Source: Lama guanicoe (lineage: Eukaryota). Taken from it: a stretch of DNA of 60,000 nt. Shown here piece after piece: positions 36,031 through 47,780 of this stretch. Location of the stretch: positions 4,361,229-4,421,228 of the forward strand of contig MU053379.1 of the NCBI GenBank assembly GCA_013239625.1, written 5' to 3'. Below the pieces are notes generated by a model that searched no databases, was not told the DNA's origin, and worked only from the letters and a program-made list of their open reading frames with translations. A program made the translations under genes and the position numbers. Numbering within the stretch: position 1 is the stretch's first letter; each line of letters opens with the position of its first letter.

Positions 36031-37564
36031 CTTCTAACTGCTACGCGGTGACACATGTTTACCTGTGAATAGTCGCACGAGGCTACGGCACGATAGCCTA
36101 GGCTTCCTCTCCGGAGGGGAAGCCCGTCTTCCCAGGCGGCGCCTGCCCTCGCCCCCTGGCTGAGGGAGCGGGGTCTCGCGGGGGCTGCAGGGCTGTGCCT
36201 TTGGCATTTCTGGGTTGCTGCTCTTCAGCTCCGCTTCCAGGCTGTTTAAGACAAGAGGACCCTGGAGCCCAGCACGATGCTTTCCCTTGGGTCCCGACGT
36301 CCCTCCCCAGGCAGCCGTCTCCCCTCCACCTTGCAGAGGCTTCTCGTGCTGTGTTAACGTGGACTGTCCTGGGTTTAGCTGTCCTGAGCGGGAGGACCGG
36401 GAAAGGCACCTTTTCCAGTTTCCTAGAATGTCGAGCAGAGTCTTGACTCTCTCGAAGCCCTTCACGCGCAGTCACGTGTCCGGATGGCGCGGAAGCACCG
36501 GGCGCTCCTCAGCGCGGGGGGCTGTGCTGCGCGGGCTGCCACCCTCCCGTGCCGCCGGCGTCTCTCCTGCTCACCGTTGCTGAGTTTCTCAAGAGTCAGA
36601 TGTTCCGTCTTTCGGTGGCTTGTCGAAGTTTCTTTTCTCACCCATTTTTTATCTTCTTACCCGTTTCACTTTCCGAGAGAATTCTTTAGTCTCCTCATCT
36701 TTCTGTACTGTTTTTGGCCCTCACATTTTCAGTTCCTAAGACCCTTCACACCATCAGACTTTCCCGTTGTTCGTAACTCCACGTCTTTGAGAATGGAGTG
36801 ACTTGTCTCTGGATTCTCAAAATATGTATGTTTTCTCTTTGCTGCATTATTTCCTGTGGGTTCCTTTAAAAAACTGTATTCTGTTCACTGCATTGTCCAC
36901 CTCCCCTGGTTTTCCTTGGCTTGTTGGGAGTTTGCGTGCTTGTTTGGGGCACTCTCAAGTCGAGGGGCTTCGCTTATCCTGTGACCCTTGGAGCCTGTCT
37001 GTGCGTGACCGAGAGGAGCTGAAAGCGGGTTAGAAGGTGAGCTGTGTGTGTTCTGCCCGCCTCCCCGGCGCTGTGCCCGGAGGCTGCCCAGTGGGGGCCG
37101 CGTCACCCGGCTCCTTTGTCCCCCGGAATCTGGTGGGATTTGACCATGGAGACACTGGATGGGGTCAGACCTCAGGAGGAGAGGATGCCCTGGAATTGAT
37201 GTCTCTGGCCCCTCCGGCTGCGCCGTGCCTGGGCAGTGGCTGTGTTCCTCTTCGGAAGGTGACGGGCACGTCCTGTTGTGGGCCCCTCCCTGACGTCACA
37301 GCCCTCCTTGTACACACTCCCATCCGGACCTTCAGACTCAGGGCTGATGGCAGCTGCCCCGCCCCCAGGCCTTCCCGCCTCAGCCCTGTGAACAGCCCTG
37401 CAGACAGCGCTGCTTCACGCTCTCCCCCACCTCCCCCTGGGAGAGGCCCCTGCATTTCTTGCCAAGGCCCTGACCAGTACAGAAGCTGCACACCCTGGGC
37501 AAGGCCTGTGCACAGGTGCTCGTGGGACCGCGCTCGGCCTTTCACTGGAGGACACCCAGATGCC

Positions 37565-37900
37565 CGTGAGTGAGCGTCCTTGGCCTGCCGTAACACAGCT
37601 GTGTGGCTTAAACCACAAACATTTGTTTTTCAGAGTTCTGGAGGTCCCAAGTCCAGGACCAAGGTGGCAGCAGGGTTGGTGTCTCCTGAGGCCCGTCTCC
37701 TGGGCTTGGCGGTGGCCGGCGCCCTGGTGCATCCTCACGTGGCCTTCCCTCTGTGCCTGGTGTCTCTGTACAGCCAGATTCCTCTCCTTACAGGGGCACC
37801 ACTCCGGCTGGGTTAGTTGCCGCCCACGGGAGCTCGGAGGCTCCCCGGTGAGACTGTGAAATCGCAGGGACGGAGGACAGGCCACCAGTGCCCTGGAGGC
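37565..37900 (-). mobile_element. MLT1A/B-like MaLR LTR
   Basis: CTGCCGTAACA...GTGGCTTAAACCACAAACATTTG...AGTTCTGGAGG...AAGTCCAGGACCAAGGTGGCAGCAGGGTTGGT...CCTCACGTGGCCTTCCCTCTGTG. Confidence 0.85.
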
Positions 37901-38532
37901 ACGTGTGAGTGGAGGCCAAGCCGGGCGTGCATACAACGGGGACCCCACCAGCTCCACACACCCCTTCTGGAACACGCCCAGGGAAGGTGAGGCCCGCCCG
38001 CCCTGGCCCAGCTACGTAAAGACATGGGGTTGTTCTTATAAAGAAAGAAAAAAGGAGTCCTTTCCAAACAAATCCCAGACGGACCGAGATCCCTTCTGGG
38101 AGGCAAACACGCCCAGAGCTCAGGAAGTGCGAAGGGGAGTGTTTACAGGGAGAGCTGAGCCTGCCTGCCTGCCGGGGGAGGGGGGTCACGCCTGGGCTCC
38201 AGGGGGGCTGGGGGAGGGAGCCGCACCTGGGCTCAGGGGGGATCTGAGCCTGCCTCCCGGGCTCCAGGGGGTGGGGAAGCAGGGTCTGCCTCCTCGGCGA
38301 GAGTCTCACAGCGGCCGCTGGAAGCTGGCCTGAGTGCCAGGACCCTGCACACCGCAGAATAGGATTCTAACGCTGAGATGGTCCCCTGTGGGGCCTGAGA
38401 GTCACTGGTAATAAAGCAATTATTTAAAAAGTATTAAGCCACTGCCGTGCAGTTTGCCTGTTATCTGAAGGGTTCTGAACTGTTTGCATTGTGATAAGTA
38501 AACTGACTGCTCGATGCAAAGAAAGAGAGCAG

Positions 38533-39025
38533 GGGTGTGGGTGAGTGTGTGTGAGGCGGCGTGTGCGCGTGTGCACGCATGTAGGAATGAGTGTGTGAAT
38601 GGCCGAGTGGCCAGGTTTAGCAAGTAGAACTGTGGGCTACCCGGTTACAGTTGAATTTCTAATGAACAATGAACACATATTTAGGGGAAGCCTGTCCCGA
38701 ACACCACACGGCCACGTTGCAGGAATGGCACTGGGCAAACCACACTGAGAAGTCACTCACGGCCTGTCTGAAATTCCGCGTGACCTGGGCGGCCTGTAGC
38801 TGTCTGTGTTTGATCTGGAGACCCTGGTGCATGTGCGTGTGTGGAGCTGGGGCAGAAGGTGTGTTGTGGCCAAGTGTGAGCAGGTGTGTGTGTGAATGTG
38901 TGTGAGTGTGTGTATTGTGTGGGTTTGTGAGCATGTGTGTCGTGACTGAGAGTGTACACGTGGACGTGCAGGTGCACGTGTCCGTGTGCTGCGTGTGCAC
39001 GTGTGAGCGTGTGTGCACGCACGAG
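38533..39025. repeat. Degenerate (TG)n/(GTGC)n simple repeats (38533-38600 and 38825-39025)
   Basis: Interrupted GT runs with several CACGTG/TGCAC motifs. Confidence 0.75.
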
Positions 39026-39449
39026 CGGGCAGGGCCAGCCGGGGAGGGAGGCCTACGTAAGAACGCGGTGACAGCGCCGCCAGCACCTGAGCCGCCCCCT
39101 GCCCCCCTCTGCCCCGCCCCCCGTGAGGAAGCGGCGCCCACCAGAACACTGCGCGTTGCGATGGTTCCCAAAAGGCCTCACACAAGCTGAAAGTGTGCAT
39201 TTCAAGAACTTTGTGACTGTGATCAAAACCATCGACCTCTGCAAGCATCTGGTCTAGTGACTCCTGCTTGGGGACCGACTCTGAGGACGTCTCCCGCCCC
39301 TCGGGTCCCCGACAAGTCAGCCCTCGCTCACCCAGTGCACGCGTCACTAAATCACGCCCTCACGTCAGCGATTCTACACCTGAGGAAGTCGTCTGAAGAG
39401 CACGAACTGCAGCTGTCAGCACGGTGTCTCAAAGCGGAAGCAACTGCAG

Positions 39450-39820
39450 GTCCCCCCGGGTCACCGGGGTGCCGAGTCCGTTACGTCCATTTACACCATG
39501 CAACCCCATGCCACCAGCAGAGCAACGCTCACGGAAGTCCTGTGCCGAGCACACGAGAGGCAAAGTGGGAAACAGGAGACCGGGTAACGCATGGAAGGCT
39601 GTCTCGACGCACACGCTGTGTGAAACACGCGGTGTGTGAAGGGCTGGTGGGGCAAGGAAAACGGTGCGTGGATTTTCACCAAACTGGGAAAACACGAAAG
39701 GAAGTGCACCAGATTGTTGGCAGAAATTTTCTTTTTGGGCTGGGTTTTTAAAAGTTTTGTTTGTTCTTTCCATGCTCTTCACGATGAGTACGTGTCACAT
39801 TCAAGACTGGAAATAAAACT
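39450..39820 (+). mobile_element. Old L1ME-type 3' end
   Basis: GGAAGTGCACCAGATTGTTGGCAG...TTTTGTTTGTTCTTT...ATGAGTACGTGTCAC...AATAAAA. Confidence 0.4.
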
Positions 39821-41645
39821 TACTTTGCAAGCAGAGTACGCATGCAGAAAGGTGCTTCGATGGCAGTGACGAAGCCGTGCGTGCTGCATCCCCGAGACCG
39901 CGTGTAGCTGGGCCGGCTCACGGCCAACCCGGTTCAGGGCCCCGGGCCTGCAGGTGGGGGGCCTCGTCCCGTTCAGGGGGAGGTCCCAGGAAGGCGAATG
40001 GGTGGCTGGCCCGCAGGGCAGGTGGCTGGTCTTGGAGCCACAGTAAACTGCAAGTCTGCATGTTCCGGGAGGGACCTGAGGTCAGACCAGCCCCTAGAAC
40101 GTGTGAGAACATGGTCCCCTCACCTCAGCTCTCCCACCGCTGTCCTCGTGGTCCTGTGCCCTCAAGATGCCCTCCGCCCTCCCCGGCTCCGTGTGGTCCT
40201 GCCCGCACTCCTTTACTGTTTCCGGTGGGCCCTCCGAGCCTGGGAGTCGCCAGGGCGTGGAGCAGAGGCTTGAGGAAGGGGTGTGGGCCCAGGACAGATC
40301 TTAAAAACTGGAAAGACAATCGGCATTGTGTTGAACTCTGCTGCGAGGCGCGGCCCGCCTGACCCGGGTCTGGATGCAGCCCTTAGGGAAGCACCCTCGG
40401 CCTCAGCCCCCATCCCACTTCCTGGGCAGAGGTGGGGGTGGGGCCTGGCCATGTCGGCCAGTGGGGACAGCCATTCACCTCCCCTGCTCGGGGACCCCGT
40501 AATTGCTGGTCCGGGAAAGGACACGCAGCCCAGCCTGGGCAGCAGGATGCGAGGGCAGGGCCCCCAGCAAGGCCTCTCCCTCTGGAGCTGAGAACTGTTG
40601 CAGCCACAGCGCAAAGGAAGCCAGGGTCCAGCGAGGAAGCGGGCAGGACAGACGGACGACCTCGCTGAGCCTGCTGTTAAATTTAACCAGCACGAAAGGG
40701 CCCGCGGGTCCCGGCTTCCCAGTGGCGGGGCTGCCGCTTACACAGACAGCCTCTGAGCTGGTCAAGCTGGTTCCGGGAGGGTTAGGCTGGTTCTGTTTTC
40801 ACACAACAAGGAAGATGGTGAACGTGTTAGAGAAACAATGAGGAAGGTTCGGGGCCTTCATGGAAAATTCAGGCTCTACAGTTCCATCGTAAACCAAGAC
40901 TAGCACCGTTTCCCCCAAACAAAACAACTTGAGACTCAGCTGAGATCACAGCTTCCAAAAAGGTGTGACGTGAAATGATGGGGTGATAAGGTCCAGGGCG
41001 GCCCTGGAGGGACCGTCTCTCTGGCCGCCCACACCAAGCCAGCCCACGCCCTGCCCTCCTCGCTGCCCCCCCGTCCTCCCCCTCTGCCCCCACGGCCAAC
41101 GCGGGGCTCCAGTCGGATGGCCTGTGGCCTGGACGGGCCTTGGCTTCTCCACTCACGGGGGGACAACTTCAGAGAAGCCCCAGCAAACTTCGCTCACGTC
41201 CACTGGCTCCAAGTGGGTCTGCGCCAGCCCTCGGGCCGTCCTTCCGTGAGGAGCAGGGCCGGCCGCCAGTGGTGCGCTGATTTGGGCTCTGGGCAAAGAG
41301 CGCGGGTCCTTTACCCGCACTGGCTCCGACCAGCTGAGACCAAAGGCCGGGCCCACTCGGAGCGGCTGAGGGTCGTCCCCAGTCGATGGTTTCTTTGGTG
41401 GTGAGGACTGGAATCTCGGCGGGAGGGGCGTCTCTGCACCCTCCAGGGGAGGGTGTGAGTGGAGATGGAGTGTGCTCAGAACGCACCCGCCCCAACCCTG
41501 CGCCTTAGGAAATGCCGTCCTCCCGACCCCAAGAGGCTGCCTACACTGCGCGTGTACGAAACACCACTGACGCTGCGGGCGTAGCTGTCAGAGGTGAGCG
41601 CCCTTCCCCGACGGCTGTGAATGTAGCCTCTAGGCAAAACAAAGC

Positions 41646-41996
41646 TAAACATATGGTATCACTTGTCCGTGGAATTTAAAAAAAAGACAAACGAGTTTAT
41701 CTGCAAAACAGAAACAGACTCACAGACACAGAAAACAAACTTACGGTTACCAGGGGGAAAGAGGGTGGGAAGGGATAAGCTGGGAGTTCGAGATTTGCAG
41801 ACACACGCTACCATGTATAAAACAGACGCACGGCGAGGTTTTGCTGTGTAGCACAAGGAACTGCATTCCGTGTCTTGCAGCGGCCTGTAGTGGAAAAGAA
41901 CCTGGAAACGAATGTGTGGGCGTATACGCAGGGCCGAGACCTGACGCTGTGCACCGGAACTGGCACATCGTGACTGGCTGGCTTCAGCTAAAAACA
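41646..41996 (+). mobile_element. 5'-truncated camelid-type L1 3' end with diverged TSD
   Basis: ATATGGTATCACTTG...AAAACAGAAACAGACTCACAGACACAGAAAACAAACTTACGGTTACCAGGGGGAAAG...GGGATAAGCTGGGAGTTCGAGATTTGCAGA. Flanks AGGCAAAACAAAGC / AGGCTAAACAAAAGC. Confidence 0.92.
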
Positions 41997-43686
41997 CAGG
42001 CTAAACAAAAGCAGGAGTGTGTGGTTTAACGACGAGACCAAAGACACACAAACCGGGCCACTATAGAAAGCTCAGACCCTCGGGCCGCCTCGTCCCTGTC
42101 CCCACGGGCTATCACCGCGCCTGCTCAGATTAGGGCAGATAAGACGGGAGGGGGGACGGGGACCCCCCTGGGGGCAGGAGTCCTGCCCTCCACGCGCTGT
42201 GTGGACAGGGAGAGGGTGGCCACAGGGAGCAGAGGGATGAAATGAGACACGTCGCACTTAGTTCAAGAACAATCAAGTTCCCAGATTGAGGTGCAGAGAC
42301 TTTTCTGGCAGGGCGGCGGCATGCCGGCGTCACACGCCTTAGCAAAGCCCGTCGCACGGCAGACCGTGGTTGCCGCAGATCAGCTGGTCGTGTGCGGGAG
42401 CAAAGGCCAAGACGTGTTTTTCCCTGCCTTTTCCCCCCTCACTCTGTAAAGAACGTGGGGAGAAAAGTGAGACAAGCTGTAGGCACACGGTGGCGGGGAA
42501 CAGCCAGCGAGGCGGACAGAGCCATGGGCCAGCGCGGGAAGCCCTGGCGCCGCTGCCGGCCAGCCCGGGGCAACGCCCGCGCTCGCACAGCGGGCCTGCT
42601 CAGCGCTGGCTCGGCCCGGGGCGCGTTTCCAAGACGGGCGGTGAAATGGACGGAAACCGACGGAACGCTGTTTCGGTGACGTCTCTAATCTTCACAGCTT
42701 ACTTGTGTCACCCGGACGCCCTCACGGCAGGCCAAGGAAGCCTTCCTCACGGGCACGCGTGGCGAGGTGGCGTCTCACACCCGGTGCGAGCTCGGGGCCG
42801 GCTCCCAGCTGCCTGACTCCGGGCCGGAGCCCCGAGGACCCGCGTCCTTCTGTCCGGGTCGGCGACCAAGGTGATCTTTTCGCCCAGATCTTGCTTCAGT
42901 GTGTGGTAACGCACCTCACAGACGTTCTACACACACAATTTTGGGGGCGGATCTACCAGACAGAACAAGGCTCACGTGCGTTTGCCCGGGAGCGCGTTCT
43001 GTTGCGGAAAACGTGGAAGGCTCACCCCCACGGCAGAGCTGCGCTTGCCCTGAGAAGCTAAATTCCGTTGCTTCTTACGTTTTCATAATGTCATTTAAAA
43101 TATTCTCCTCTTTAACCTAAATGCAATTTTTAAATTTCCTTAAAGAAATGCCAATTGAATTTTATGTGTAACTGAAGAATACAATGCAATATAATACAAT
43201 TCCAAACACGCAGAAGTTTAGTTTGATCGCCATGAAGTGTGGAAGGAAAAGAAGTTGAGCTGTTTGTGTCTGAACGTATTTCTGGAATAACCTGCCAAAA
43301 AAACAGAAATCATCTCCCCAGAAGGCCTATTTTAACCTAATTTGAGGACTCTAGATTTATACGACAAGGCCATGCTGTTTATCCTGAGATATGAGGAAGC
43401 GTGGTAGGTTTTAGCCAGCTCCCAAAGAGGAATTCATCCACACAGCACTTCTGGCCGGGCCCGGAGCTGGAAGGCTCAGCGTCGGCCTCCTGTGGCTTGG
43501 CCTGAGGACCTCGCTGGCCGGGCTCGGCCGCGCAGGGCTCTTCGTGTTCCATGTTGGTTATGAAGGATGTTATTTGATCAGATGTTTCTAGAAATGCAAA
43601 ACGGGGAATGAAAGGGAAGTCCCACCACCCACCATCACTGCCTCCTGCGGTCTGGCCTCCCTTCCCCCTGCCTGCCTGTCGCCTGT

Positions 43687-43789
43687 CGGGGGAAGGCCAC
43701 CCGGGGGAAGGGCACCAGGGGAAGGGCACCCGGGGGAGGCCACCCAGAGGAAGGGCACTGGGGGAGGGGCACCCGGGGGAAGGCCGGGA
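43687..43789. repeat. About 7 copies of a 14-15-bp G-rich unit GGGGAAGG(G/C)CACC(C/A)
   Basis: Read directly. Confidence 0.85.
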
Positions 43790-46700
43790 TTTCCCTCCGC
43801 CGCTAACCCTGCCGACTCGGGGGGAGGGTTGGCTGCTGTGCTCGGCAAACCCCAGGCTTCCCCCCAGAGCAGGGTCCCCAGTTCTCACAGCTGGGAGACT
43901 ACGGACCCGGCCCCTCTGCACCACGTCCTTGGCGTTGTCAGGCAGGTGAGGGTGAGGCTCCAAGGGGTTGTGGGCGGTGGGGCTGCCCCGGTGGGCTTCA
44001 GATGTGGAGCCGGAACAGCGGATTGATCAGAGTCACCTGGAACTTCCGGGAAACGCCAGCCCTGGACGGCCCCTGACCTCCCTGGGGTAGGGGTCGCCCA
44101 AGGACCATGTGCCGATAGCCCCTCTGGGGACTCAGATGCCACTCAAGCCTGAGAACCTCTGGCCCAGGTTGGTCTCCATTCCTTCCCCCAAAGAGCTGCA
44201 CCTCACGGGTTGTAAGGATGGGCCTGTGTAACTAACCACGTGGGGGCTGTTTCAGATCTGGGGGGAGAGCTGAGGGTGGATCCGAACCAGATGGAACCCT
44301 GCTGCCTGTCAGGACCTCTGCTGATACCAACCCACGGTCTTCCTGTGCTGGAAAGGCCCAGAGTGAATCACAGCCCCACCCAGCACCGTCCAGACGTTTA
44401 CTGGACACCAGTTACCATCACGAGAACGGTTTGGGCTTCTGGGCCAGCGGCAGGTCCTGTCCCTCCTTGACCTGCTTACTTCCTCCGTGAAACGGAAGTA
44501 AAGGAACTTACACCCTTGCCTGTTAAGAGCGCCGAGTGGGGATGGGGTCAGGAGCACTTGGAACCACCTGGCTCAAGACCTGGAACGAATTCCAGGTCTT
44601 CTCTGAGAGGCCACAGAGCCAGGCGGGGTGTCAGGGGTGCTGGGTGCGGCCTCCCTCCGCCCAGACCAGCCTGTAACAACACCAGTGTCAGAGTCGTCCC
44701 CCGAGCCAACCTCGCCATCCTTCCCACAAATCGGTCCAGGCCGTTCTATTTTAAGCATGGCCTGGTGGACCTTCCCAGCTGCAGGCAGGTTGGCAGCAGC
44801 ACAAACGCTCGGCAGTTGGAGGCACCGCCCAGAAAGAGCTCTGCAACACGGGGGCTGGTGCCTCTGCGTATGAATTGACGTCTGTGCTGCTCCCAGACGC
44901 TTTCCCCCCACATGTTTTTTTCAATAAACCGCTCATAGGAAACTGGGCCCTCTTTGAAATGAGAGGCCATCCTTGAGTTGCCGTGGACAAGCTGTAATTC
45001 TGAGAAACCGTGCGGATCCTGGGCCCAGCGTCTGCTCTGCCCGCGATGCTCCCCGCATTCCCCGACTTGGTGCTTCCCGGCAGGTGTGTCCCCTGGGTCT
45101 GCTCCGAGTGGCTCCAGGAGGAGGGGAGGGTGGGAACCGATGCTGTTGGCCTCAGTCACAGCTCCTCCCCCTCCCCGGGGCCCCCTCTGCCAGCGGGTGA
45201 GGCAGGGCCCCCAGGGGGGTGGGCAGGGCCCCCAGGACACACCCTGGGCGTTGGTGGGCCGGACTTGGTGGCTGCTCCTGGCACCCTGGGGTCAGCCCTG
45301 GGGTGGGCAGGCCACTCTGCTCAGGGTCCCTACCACCTCCTCGAGCTCCCCAGGACTGGGCCCCATGGCCCTGTGGAGATCTGCTTAGCAGCGCCCCACG
45401 TTGGCTCTCGCCGTCCCCGGTTCTCTGCCCTGCACCCCTGAGGATGCCCCCAGGTTCACCTCCCGGGCAAACCTTATCCCCTCAAATGCCTGTTCCCAGA
45501 CCTGCTTCTGGGACAGACCCTCACGCCGCAGAGTCTTCCCTGGGAAGGGCCCCCAAGACAGAGACAAAATCCAGGGGAAAGAAGTGAACACCCGCGGAAG
45601 CCGCTGTCCATCTTGGAGCTCACTGCCCTGTCCTGTGATGACCGCCCGCGCTACGCCGACAACTGGCCCGGCTGCCCGCCAGTCCCCGAGACCGGCCTCC
45701 AGGCACGTGGGGGCCCAGTGAGAGCCTGGACGGTTGTCCTGAGCATCTCTGTACTAAGGCAAGTTCGCCCCCAGCAGGTCTGTGTCAAGCACCCAAGAAA
45801 AGGCGAGGCCACATCCATGGCTGGTCTGTGGTCAAGAGGCAGGAGCCCCTCTGGACGCAGACTTACATCGATGGAGAAGGGCGGGGCAGCCAAGGTGCCA
45901 GCTCCTGGGTCCTCGTCCCACACGCCAAACAGGTTGACACCAAAGCGAGAGGGGTGGAGGACTCCTATGTGTGGATGGGGACAGCAGCCCCACTGGGTGG
46001 AGGGGATGCAGGAGCCTCCGTCTCCTCAGGACCCGGATATGACGAGATGTCTCCTGAGAGCCTCTGGAGTCATGGGAGATGGGCCTGCGTTCCGGGAGGA
46101 CCACAAGCTGTCCACCAAGACTCAGATCAGCACGTTGACTAGTGGTGAGCTAACACATGGACTGTTTGGGAGCATAAATCTGAGCATTCCAAATTTCACT
46201 CTCCTCCGTCTGCTCTTGCCACACGTTGCAGTGAACATGTTGGGGGTGCCCTGTGTCGCTGAGCTGAATCTCCACCAACCCTGTGAAATGCAGCGATCCC
46301 GCCTGGCAGATAAGGATACAGACCCCAGTGCTTCGGGGGCGGGCCCGCGGCCAGGCCGCTGGGGTCTGAGCCAGGGGTCGTCAGAGGACCTGACCCTGGG
46401 GTCCTTTCCACCACTTTCCAACTTGCACTTTCAAAAGACTCAGTTAAATACTTCATATTATACGTTGTTTTTAAGAACGATCAGGAATGTAACCTGTAAC
46501 TCTATGAAAAAAAATCAAAATGTTCTTGAGCAAAACCACTGGGGTCTCTCTTGAGTCAGCAAGTCTGTAAAGCAAGCAGACGGGGGCCTTTTAGGGAGAG
46601 GGTTAGCACCCCCATCACAGCCGTTCTGGTCGCCAAACACCACACAGATTCCAGCACTATTCCAATCCAGGCAAGGGCAGCGAGTGGGCAGTAGCAGCCA

Positions 46701-47479
46701 AACCTCCAGAGCAGACGGCCTGGGTCCTTTGAAAACCTGAATTTAATCGTTGAACTAAATCAGAATAGGAAACAGACAGACAGACAGAATCCATCCTGTC
46801 CTTCCTTGCCACCCAGCTCTGCTCTCGGGTCTCAGCCACGCGTCCAGGGCCACACAAAGGACAAAAAGGAGGGAGTCCCAGACTCAGGCCTCCCTCAGGG
46901 TCCACGCTGCGACAGGCCCTCAGTCGGCCTCAGGAAGAGACGGGGGCTCGGGGACGCCTGCCTTGGCTCCTGCAACAGGAACAGCAGTGGTGGCGGAGAG
47001 CCTGGTATTTGCCACAGATTAGAAGGAACTTACTCATAATTTCCTACTTCAATTTCTTAAATGTTTACTCCAGCAGATTATTTTTAAGTTAGGATTTTTT
47101 CACTTTTAAACCCAACTGTTTCCTGCTTCTGCTTTATGAAGTTCTGGCTGAGGAGCTGTCAGCGTCTCACGGGGAACTGCACCTGCCAAGACCGCACGAG
47201 GGTGGCGGCAGGGGGAGGGGAGCCCCCCAGCCGGGAGCCCCCCGTGCTGGGAGGCAGGCGGCAGGCTGGGGGCCGCCAAGTGCTGCCCAGGACCTCGTCT
47301 CCATCTGGCCCAGGGGTGGGCAAGAACCACACTCCTCAATTACAGCTCAGCCCCGGGACTCCGAGGAAGCCGGGAGTGTGGCAGGTGTTTTGAGGACCAC
47401 TGGATCCTGACCAACACCAGGGCTGACGGGGGACGAGAAACCCCCACCTTCTTACTGTGTTGCCAGAGGCGTTGGCTGT

Positions 47480-47780
47480 TAGGCACTAGGGGAACAGTTC
47501 AGTGATGTCCGGTGAAGTCTGAACACACGCAGTTTGAGCCAGATACCACCCTTTGAGATTTCTGTGCTCCAGAAATACCTGAAGATTTACAAGCAGGGGG
47601 TGACCGTGGCTCTGTAAATCACACAAAAGAACTGGAAAAACCATCAACAGAGGAATCGTTCAGAGACGATGGAACAGATTCTCTCAGATACTCTGCAGCT
47701 GTTTAGAAGAATGATGTGAACCCATACGCGTCACATGGAAGGAACCAGGGTTAATCAAGTGAAAAAAATATGTGTAAAAA
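47480..47780 (+). mobile_element. Old L1ME ORF2-end fragment
   Basis: AAAAGAACTGGAAAAACCATCAACAGAGGAATCG...ATACTCTGCAGCTGTTTAGAAGAATGA...ACATGGAAGGA...AAGTGAAAAAA. Confidence 0.55.

Noticed and set aside
45613..46554. 313-aa ORF
   Set aside because: Starts at TTG, has no recognisable domain and runs through a MIR-like fragment; long ORFs are expected by chance at this GC content.
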